A stretch of DNA of 64,000 bases from Octopus vulgaris. Its lineage: Eukaryota. Both the position numbers and the translations under genes were made by a program. Under the pieces are notes generated by a model. The model was not told the origin of the DNA, did not search any database, and worked only from the letters and a program-made list of their open reading frames with translations. Location of the stretch: NCBI GenBank assembly GCA_951406725.2, contig OX597826.1, positions 70,184,001 through 70,248,000 on the forward strand, given 5' to 3'. Below are positions 53,436-64,000 of this stretch, piece after piece. How positions within the stretch are numbered: the first letter of the stretch is position 1; each line of letters begins with the position of its first letter.

Positions 53436-53720
53436 TTTTGCTTGTTTCAGTCATTTCACTGTGGCCATGCTGGAGCACCGCATTTTAGTTGTAGAAATCA
53501 GCCCTTGAACTTATCCTTTGTAAGCCTGGTGCTTATTCTATCGGTTTCTTCTGCCGATCCGCTAAGTTATTGGGCCGTAAACACGTCCCCGTAACTTAGC
53601 GGTTTGGCAATAGAGACCTACAAAGACCTTACAACGAATAAGTCCTGAGGCCAATTTGTTCTACTAAGGGTGGTGCTCCAGTGTGTCTGCAGTCAAATAA
53701 CTGAAACCAGTAAAAGAGTA
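53436..53720. mobile_element. Two inverted SINE B tails forming an imperfect palindrome
   Basis: Minus-strand tail up to ccgctaagtt..gtaaacac, immediately followed by plus-strand acgtccccgtaacttagcgg. Confidence 0.78.
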
Positions 53721-54104
53721 TAGTAATAAGAGCGTTCATTGGTATGTTCATAGTTAGGAGTTTCATGTTACAGAATGGAATTTGTTGCAATCATCAGATT
53801 CAAAACACTGAATAAACTTTGTAAAGGTAATTTGAAATGGTGATATTAACTTAAACATACAACCAGAAGAAAATTGGGCCAGTTTCTTCGACTAAGGGCA
53901 GTGCTCCAATATGGCTGCAGTCAAATGACTGAAACCAGTAAAAGAGTATACTAATAAGAGCGTTCATTGGTATGTTCATAGTTAGGAGTTTCATGTTACA
54001 GAATGGAATTTGTTGCAATCATCAGATTCAAAACACTGAATAAACTTTGGAAAGGTAATTTGAAATGGTGATATTAATTTAAACATACAACCAGAAAAAA
54101 ATTC
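53649..54104. repeat. 228-bp tandem duplication (SINE tail plus unique flank)
   Basis: gaaaccagtaaaagag at 53703 and 53931. Copies are 53649-53876 and 53877-54104. Confidence 0.93.
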
Positions 54105-54518
54105 ATAATTTACAGTAGTGAAAATTTTTTATTTAATATCAAAAGATTTGGGTGACTTGCTTCCTTTGGGCTGGAGAATGCTATGAAAAATTAAGTGGTA
54201 CATATTTTTTTGCTAAATCTGTGTCTGTGTATAATATATATTTAGGAATAATTTTTTAAAACTTGGAGTGTTTTTAAGCATGTAATATCATGAGAGTTGG
54301 CGGAGACACAGTAAATACCAGACATTGATAAATGTAGAAGACTGTTCATGTTAAGTCTGATTTGGGTAAATTTGATAATGGTGATTATTTTTTAAAAAAC
54401 AGCAAAAAGTGATAAAGAATATATGAGTTTCTTGGTGTTTATATAAATTACTATGTTTTAAAATTATTCTGATGGTGGTATGTCATTATATCTGTATATA
54501 AGTGTCTGTGTGTATAAT

Positions 54519-54552
<34 letters not shown>

Positions 54553-54690
54553 ATTATATACACACACACACACATACATACATGCACATATATCATATGT
54601 ATATTATATATATATATAGTATTTATATTACATACATACATGTATCTTTGTGTATGAGTGTATGTGTAGAAATATATCTATATCTATCTT

Positions 54691-54759
<69 letters not shown>

Positions 54760-55264
54760 CATGTATATATTATTATATAAATATTATTTATATTACATAT
54801 ATGTATCTTTTTTTGTGTGTGTAATATGGAACACAGGAATAATATATTATGTACATATATATGCATCTATGCATGAAAAATTTGTGTGTTTAAATATATA
54901 TAGATGTGTGTGTGTGTGTGTGTCTGTTAATGCACACACACATATATATGGATGGTGAGGCAGAGAGGCTGAGAGACAAATAGATAGACAGACAGATAAA
55001 GAAGTAGACAGACAGGCCGTATATTTTGCAGGTATTCCCAGAATGATGGCATAACGGTATCTGATTGCTGTGGTGTTTTCCTTCCATTTCTTGAAAGCAA
55101 ACACCATTCTTTTCATAGATTCATTCATGCACTCATCAGATATTCAACATTCTTATCCTTATTCTAGTTGTTATTGCTGTTGTTGTCACTCCTATAGCTG
55201 CTGTTACTGGTAGTAGTAGTGGTGGTGGTGGTGGTGATGGTACCAGTGGTGGTGATGACGGCAA

Positions 55265-55417
55265 TGATGATGATGATGATGATGATTGTGATCATCATCC
55301 CCATCATCATCACCATCATGTCATCATCACTACCATCATTATCACCATCATCATCATCTTCATCATCATCATCATCGTCATCATCATAATCATCATCGTC
55401 ATCTTCGTCATCATCAC

Positions 55418-55457
<40 letters not shown>

Positions 55458-55634
55458 GTCATCATCATAATCGTCATCATCATAATCATCATTGTCATCT
55501 TCGTCATCATCATCATAATCATCATAATCATCATCTTCATCATCATCATCATAATCATCTTCATCATCATCATCATCATCACCTTCATCATCATCATTAT
55601 CACCATCATCATCTTCATTGTCATCATCATCACC

Positions 55635-55687
<53 letters not shown>

Positions 55688-55690
55688 ATA
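55265..55690. repeat. (CAT)n-based compound array (a similar array lies at 53025-53320)
   Basis: Directly visible. Confidence 0.93.
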
Positions 55691-57074
55691 CATGATGATA
55701 TTGTCAACCTCCATCTTGTTCTTGTTCTTGATGTTGCTGCATAATTGCTATAGCAACTCACAATCATCTTTCTTCTCATCACGCCCCCACCCATCCATCC
55801 ACCCAACCGAACATCACCCCCCCCCCCTTATAACCATCACCATCACCACCACCACCACTATTACTACTACTGCTGCTTCTACTACTACTACCCATCAAGA
55901 CTTGCAACAGAGACTGTTTATTGTCCTAAAAATATCCCAAAGACAAAGACCGAACTTCCCTGTTCCCTTTCTCCCACTTAAACATACCACCCACCCACCC
56001 CGGCCCGCCCCCGCCCCCCTGCGCCACACCCTGCCGTTTCTCCTTACCCCCACCCCGTCTTTCTTTGCTTTTTCTTCATTGTCAATGAGTGAATCCTTAT
56101 TTTTATTCTGATCCCAGATTTACCCATCACCAACACAACCACCACCACCACCACCACCACCACAAACACCATCGCCACCACCACCGCAAACCACCATCAC
56201 CACCACCACCACTATCACCACCACCACAACCACCATCGCCACCACCACCACAACCACCACCATAACCACCATCGCCACCAACACCACCACCACCACAACC
56301 AACCATCGCCACCATCACCACCACCACCGCCACCGCCACTACCTGTCTTTCTTCTCTACGTTGATGCTTATAACACTTCTAGCTCCCCCACCCCTTACTC
56401 CCCCACCCCCAATCATCTTCTCATTTCTTACTCCTACCATTCCTGTCTTTTGCTTAACCATTCCCCTCCTTCCGCCACTCCCTGTTTCATTGTCACAGAA
56501 TCCTTATATAATTCTGTGTTCTCATTGCTTGCATGTGTATTTGTGTATATATATATTTTTGTATGTTAGTGTGAATGTATACATGCACATCAGTGCGTCT
56601 GCATGTGTTTGCATGCATGTGGGTTTTTTATGTATTCTTGGTGCATGCGTGCATCTGTGTGTGTGTGTGTGTGTGTGTGTATGAGTTTGTCTTAAAGTAC
56701 CGCAGTGTATGTGTGTGCGTGAGAGAGAGAAAGAGTTTGGTTTAAAGTACCGCAATGTTTATACATGCATATATATATATATATATTTATGTGTGTGTGT
56801 GTATATATGTTACGTATTTTGCGTGTCTGGATGTGCATTTTTTTTTTTTTATCAATCTCAATGTTGACACATGTCACTCTGACATACTTAAAGACTGGCA
56901 TGTGTGTGTGTATGTGTGGTACTGAGTGTGTGAGTGTGTGTATGTATGTGTGTGCTTATACATCCCTAATTTGACAGCCATTAATGTGACATGCTTAAAA
57001 AGTTGATTTAATATACATATATTTATGTATGTATGCATATATATGTATATATATGTGTATATATATATATATAT

Positions 57075-57111
<37 letters not shown>

Positions 57112-57238
57112 TACTTATATATGTATACATACATACATATATATATGCATATATAAGTACATATATATACACACACAGGCTTATATGTATGTGGTCCAAC
57201 CCATGCAAGCATAGAAAATGAATGTTAAATGATAATGA

Positions 57239-57385
<147 letters not shown>

Positions 57386-57435
57386 ATATACATATATATA
57401 TATATAACACACAAAAAAAAAAATATATAACACAC

Positions 57436-57539
<104 letters not shown>

Positions 57540-58132
57540 AGTGTGCTTGTGTGTGTGTGTATACATATATGTACATATGCATACATACATCTATATACAT
57601 ATAACACACACACACACACATATATACGTATGTATATATACACACACATGTAGACATGCTCTATGATTATGGAAACTGTTCGAAGCACACACACGCATTT
57701 ACACACTGAACAAACATGCATCATGACACTCCAGTCCCTACATGTCACATTTCCAGTATAAACACTCACGCAGCGTTATACAGTTGCACACACACATACA
57801 CCCACCTGTATATAAGTGCACCTGGACGAACAAAGCTCAGCAGACAGACAGACAGACAGACAGTGCAGCATACCTGGCAAATGCATGCATTGCTGATTAT
57901 GTAGACAAACCCAGCAAGATGCACTCAGGTGAACCTCTTCCATCAACATATATATATATATGAGTGTGTGTGTGTGTGTGTGTTTGTGTGTGTACGTGCA
58001 CATATGTATATATGCATGTGTGTGTATGTATATATATATATATATATCACCATCATCATCATCCTTTAACGTCCGCCTTTCATGAAAGATAGACAGATAG
58101 ATAGATAGATATTTATATGCATTTATAGATAT

Positions 58133-58166
<34 letters not shown>

Positions 58167-58173
58167 GTATATA

Positions 58174-58278
<105 letters not shown>

Positions 58279-58559
58279 CTCTCTCTTTCTCTCTCTAATA
58301 TATATATATGTGTGTGTGTACTAGCACAGTTACAGAATTAGCCACATGTAGCATACATACACACCATGTTACCATCCTTTATTAAACTCAGTTGCCGTAA
58401 TATGAGACACTTCATACTTCCACACAACCATTTAATTTACACACACACACAGAATAAAAGATTTCTATTTTGACATCAAATACAGTGACATACGCAGACA
58501 TGCATATCCACACACACACAAAGAACATATATACATACATATATATATATATATACATA

Positions 58560-59030
58560 TCATCATCATCATCATCGTTTAGCATCCACTTTCCATGCTG
58601 GCATGGGTTGGACGGTTCAACTGGTGTCTGGGAAGCCAGAAGGCTGCACCAGGCCCAGTCTGATCTGGCAATGTTTCTACGGCTGGATGCCCTTCCTAAC
58701 GCCAACTACTCCATGAGTGTAGTGGGTGCCTTTTACGTGCCACCGGCACAGGTGCCAAACGAGGCTGGCAAACAGCCACGATCGGATGGTGCTTTTTACG
58801 TGCCACCGGCATGGAGGCCAGTCGGGGTGGCGCTGGCAACAGCCACGTTCAGATGGTTCTCTTATGTGCCACAGCACTGGTATCACAGCTACAATTTCCA
58901 TTGATGTTGATCGATTTTGATTTTGATTTTCACTTGCCTCAACCGGTCTTCACAAGTAGAGTTTTGTGTCCCAAGAAGGAAAGGTATGCATAAGTGGACT
59001 GAGCCCACGGGTTATGGCCTCACTTGTCCT
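58560..59030 (-). mobile_element. RTE-associated short element family E, longest copy
   Basis: Minus strand carries ttggcgttaggaagggcatccagccgtagaaac, internal repeats of ggtgc(t/c)ttttacgtgccaccggca and a (GAT)n tail. Confidence 0.75.
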
Positions 59031-59616
59031 ATCGGACACACATGCGTACATGCATACACAAGGCAGTGCCATTCTATATTCATGTATACATTCATGCACA
59101 CACATACACATACTCACACTCATGTATACATATAGAAATACACGCGCACACACACACATACGCGTTTTCTTGAAGAACATGTGAACATGGAACAGAAGTC
59201 AGAATGGTGTAGAACGGAAGCATCAACCACGCTGGCCAATGCGTGATCTTGGGGTTCCTTGCACACAGCAAAAATAGAACAGGATGGTCATGGTTGTAAT
59301 GTCTTCAATTAGACCATGCCTGCTGAATCATAATTGGCCCGAGGCCAAAGAACGACCACAACACCATGCATGTGCCATGCCACAATATTATCGCATAAAC
59401 CGCATGCTATGCCTGCTTGCTGCACCATACTGCACCACAGCACGTTGCAGCTCCACGCTGCACCATCGCGATACTGCATACACTGTATCATGTCAGTTAC
59501 AAGATTTCTAAGTCTTCTGGAAAATTAATGAAAAAAGGAAAAAAAAACCAAGAAAAGCAACAAATAAAATAAAAATAAAGATCTTCCACTGTCTTTTCTT
59601 TGGTTTCACTCGGTTT

Positions 59617-59795
59617 GACATCTAATATACAACTTACTAAATCTTCAACATCTTACATATATTATGAGAGAGAGAGATAGATAGATATATATAGAGAGTG
59701 ATACATATATAGATATGTATATAGATAGATATATACATACATATACATATATATATATATAACATAACATATATCACATGCGTTACACATCTCTA

Positions 59796-59829
<34 letters not shown>

Positions 59830-59901
59830 GATAGATAGATAGATATACATATACACATATATCTATATATACACACACGTGATATATATATATATTATTA
59901 T

Positions 59902-59949
<48 letters not shown>

Positions 59950-59970
59950 ATATGTATATCTATATCTATC

Positions 59971-60002
<32 letters not shown>

Positions 60003-60228
60003 TACATATATAGATATGTATATAGATAGATATATTTACATACATATATATATATATAACATGACATCTAATATACAACTTACTAAATCTTCAACATCTT
60101 ACATACATTATATATGTTAAATAAATTGTATATATATCACATGTGTGTGTATATATAGATATATGTTTGTGTGTATGTATATATATGTATATCTATATCT
60201 ATATATATATATAGAGAGAGAGAGGGAG

Positions 60229-60259
<31 letters not shown>

Positions 60260-60345
60260 TACATATATAGATATGTATATAGATAGATATATATACATAT
60301 ACATATATATATATAACATAACATATATCACACGTGTTACACATC
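59617..60345. repeat. Segmentally duplicated compound TA/GA/GATA microsatellite block
   Basis: gacatctaatatacaacttactaaatcttcaacatcttacata at ~59617 and ~60063. gatacatatatagatatgtatatagataga occurs three times. Confidence 0.85.
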
Positions 60346-60456
60346 TTACATGGTTATCTCACATCTTGCTGTCCCTTTACATTTATTACGCATCTCATCT
60401 TCTACATTTTACATTTATTAGATATATGTTAGATATATATATATCATACATCATAT

Positions 60457-60495
<39 letters not shown>

Positions 60496-60995
60496 CACAT
60501 GTGGTTGTTATACATGTTTATCTTACAACATGGTGCTCTTGTATACTTGATATGCATTTCATCTTCGGCATCTTACATATATTAGATAATATATGCTATA
60601 TTATAGATATTATATATCATATGTATGACAGATATCGTGTGTTGCTATATATCTTGTGTATTTGTATTTGTTACTCCTCTTGCGTATTGTTTATCTTGCA
60701 GTTTCCTGCTCTCGTGCACTTAACATGCATCGCATTGTTACTCACAAATCTTTGACATCTTTTGATAATGTTATATTAATATATGCATTACATATTTGTG
60801 TGCATGTGTGCGTGTGTGTGTCTGTGTGTGTGTGAGTGTGCATATATATATGTGTGTGTGTGTATATATATATACATACACACATGTATGTATGTATATA
60901 TATATTACACATACAACACATATATATATACATATACATATATATACATATATATATACATATACATATATATACATATATACATATGTATATAT

Positions 60996-61079
<84 letters not shown>

Positions 61080-61513
61080 ATGGTTGTCTTTTGGTTTTCT
61101 ACTCTTGTGCACTGAACAGGCATCTCATTGTTTCATGCGGTTTACCATGTAGATCTTTTTTTACTCAACTGGAATGCAATCTTGGTTCAATCTCGCTTCT
61201 CACTTGGAACACTAACAAAAAAAAATTGGTCCTTAACGTACATGGTGATTTATTCCTCTGGTTGTTGTTTTTAAGGAACTCCATGTCAGCTCTCATGATA
61301 TTTTAGTTCTAAACATATACTACCTTATATTATCTAGATTCTATTGTTTCTCAACCATTTTGCACCTGTGGACCCCTAGGGTTGCTACTTTCTTTGGACG
61401 TATCCTTATAGCCATTCAGTGTTTCAAAAAATTGTATGATATTTTCATAATTAAATATTATCAGGATTTGTATTAAAAAATTGTTAAAATATATTGGGTA
61501 TTGTTGTGTATTG

Positions 61514-61849
61514 GTGAAGGTGCATGGCTCAGTGGTTAGAGCATCGAGCTTACGATCGCGAGGTTGTGAGTTCAAATCCTGGACCGGGCTGCATGTTGTG
61601 TTCTTGAGCAAGACACTTTATTTCATGTTGCTCCAGTTCACTCAGCTGTAGAAATGAGTTGCGACATCACAGGTGCCAAGCTGTATCGGCCTTTGCCTTT
61701 CCCTTGGATAACATCAGTGGTGTGGAGAGGAGAGGCCGGTATGCATGGGTGACTGCTGGTCTACCATAACCAATCTTGCCCGGATTTGTGCCTGGGAAGG
61801 TAACTTTCTAGGTGCAATCCCACGGTCAGTCATGACCGAAGGGGGTCTC
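61514..61849 (+). mobile_element. SINE family D, full-length, inserted in a degraded hAT-type MITE (~61345-61915)
   Basis: A box TGGCTCAGTGG, B box AGTTCAAATCC, tail gtcatgaccgaagggggtct. The flanks resemble the MITE at 18318-18902. Confidence 0.88.
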
Positions 61850-62087
61850 AGATTGTTGAAGTATAACCAATTTATTGCAGATAACTTTTAACAACAAAGT
61901 CTTAAATGGACTCCCAATATCTAGAGGTACATTACCCAATATGTCCTTTGTTTCTTAAGATGATATGGTGTGATCTGGGTTAGATGAACTGGCTGCTATT
62001 TTTAGCAAGCAGGGGATGGCATAGAACAGTCATGGGCAGTTGCAGCTGATGGAACTTCCTGAATGGTGAATCTGAAACAAAAATTAC

Positions 62088-62485
62088 TCTTTTACTTGTT
62101 TCAGTCATTTGACTGTGGTCATGCTGGAGCACCATCTTTAGTCAAGCAAATCAACCCCAGGACTTATTCTTTGTAAGCCTAGTACTTATTCTATCGGTCT
62201 TTTTTTCCGAACCGCTAAGTTACGGGGACGTAAACACACCAGCATTGGTTGTCAAGCAATGTTGGGAGGACAAACACAGACACACAAACATACACACACA
62301 CACACATGTATATATGCATATATACGACGGGCTTCTTTCAGTTTTCGTCTATGAAATCCACTCACAAGGCTTTGGTCGGCCCGAGGCAATAGTAGAAGAC
62401 ACTTGCCCAAGTTCCCACACAGATTGACTGAACCTGGAACCATGTGGTTGGTAAGCAAGCTACTTACCACACAGCCACTCCTACG
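62088..62485 (-). mobile_element. SINE family B, full-length with CpG decay
   Basis: Complete tail-to-head match. ctgtgg, caccat, gtcaag and atcaac replace CpG-containing family motifs. Confidence 0.92.
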
Positions 62486-62903
62486 CTTGAATTTACATTG
62501 AATTTTTTTTCAGTAATGCGCCCTGCCCCCCACTTATGATGAGCAATGTCACAATGCAGCCCCCTTTTTAAAAAAGTTACTGATATCTGACTTATAGGTT
62601 CCTCCTATCCTTACTTGTTGGTGTGATGACCAAGATGAGTATGTGTGTGTGTGTGTGTGTGTGTGTTTGAGAATAGGATGGACAAGGTAGTGATATGTAT
62701 ATGTGATGCCTACACTGTGTAGACCTCTGCGAAATGTCTCTGTACACACAGTTATGTACATATCTGAGTAATTGCTTATGTGTGTGTATTAGTATGTCTG
62801 AGTGTATGCCTCTGCTTGTATGTGTGTGTGTGTGTAAAGATATCTTGAGTTTGTCATATAAATAAAGTCATAATAAATATGTTCCTATGTATGTATGTGT
62901 ATG

Positions 62904-62961
<58 letters not shown>

Positions 62962-62964
<3 letters not shown>

Positions 62965-63296
62965 CCCCCTTCGGTCATGAATGACCATGGGATTGCACCT
63001 AGAAAGTTACCCTCCTAGACACAAGTCAGGGCAAGGTTGTTTATGGAAGACCAGCAGTCGCCCATGCATACCAGCCTCCCCTCTCCACGCCACCAGTGTT
63101 ATCCAAAGGAAAGACAAAGGTCGATACAGCTTGGCACCAGTGACGTCGCAACTCATTTCTACAGCTGAGTGAACTGAAGCAACGTGAAATAAAGTGCCTT
63201 GCTCAAGAACACAACACGCAGCCCGGTCCGGGATTCGAGCTCACAACCTCACGATCGTAAGCTCGACGCTCTAACCACTGAGCCATGCGCCTTCAC
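62962..63296 (-). mobile_element. SINE family D, full-length
   Basis: Reverse-complement homolog of 61514-61849. Confidence 0.92.
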
Positions 63297-63721
63297 GATG
63301 TGTATATATATATACACATATATATATATGCATATATATTTATTATAACAACATCTATATGACAAACCTAAGATATCTTTAATGTGTGGTTGCATATATA
63401 TTATTTTATGTGTGTGTGTATGTGCGTGTGTGTCAAGGCACACATTTGTATATAAATTTATATGCGTCTTAGTACACTCATACATATATGTGCATGCATT
63501 TTTATAGATATATCACATACACACACACACAAAGAAACATACGAACATGTACGCACACACACACATGCACACATATATATGCTCAGATGCGTACGCAAAC
63601 ATACACACATGTACTTGTATGTTTATATGTATATGCGCATATGGATATATATGTCGTATAAATATCAACATTCCGATAGACTCACATATTTGTAAGTGTG
63701 TGTGTATGTATATGTATATGA

Positions 63722-63755
<34 letters not shown>

Positions 63756-64000
63756 TGTGTGACCGTATAATATATTATCATCCGCATAACATGAAACAGA
63801 AGAGAGCCGAGCAAAAGAGAAGAAGCAAGACATGAGAATAACAAAGACACATAAAGACAAAGTATTTCATATCAACAGAAAGACAAAACAATAAACAAAC
63901 TTCAACAACAAAGGAAGAATGGCAGGAGGGGAAGGAGAGGGGTGAGGGAAGGGTTGGGGGTGAGAGAGAAAGAGAGATGAAACAACATTCTAAACAAAAA

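Overview
Eukaryotic, AT-rich, microsatellite-saturated non-coding DNA. From memory, the SINE families resemble those of octopus (coleoid cephalopod); this was not checked by a search. No intact host gene, rRNA, true tRNA or CRISPR array could be supported, and nearly all listed ORFs are translations of simple repeats. The window is a mosaic of four tRNA-headed SINE families (labelled A-D here), an RTE-associated short element (E), 5'-truncated LINE relics (one R4/Dong-type RLE in a (TAA)n tract, two RTE-type), non-autonomous Helitrons, and hAT-, pogo/Tigger- and piggyBac-type MITEs. The main observations are: (1) five dispersed ~200-bp elements, each carrying a minimal hammerhead-ribozyme motif whose helix I covaries between copies (Penelope-like/retrozyme-like); (2) SINE-A multimers joined at the same palindromic junction at five separate loci; (3) fold-back inverted duplications at the 5' ends of two unrelated LINE insertions, plus several inverted SINE duplications; (4) a shift in repeat content and CpG decay at about 44-48 kb, suggesting a methylation or gene-body boundary.
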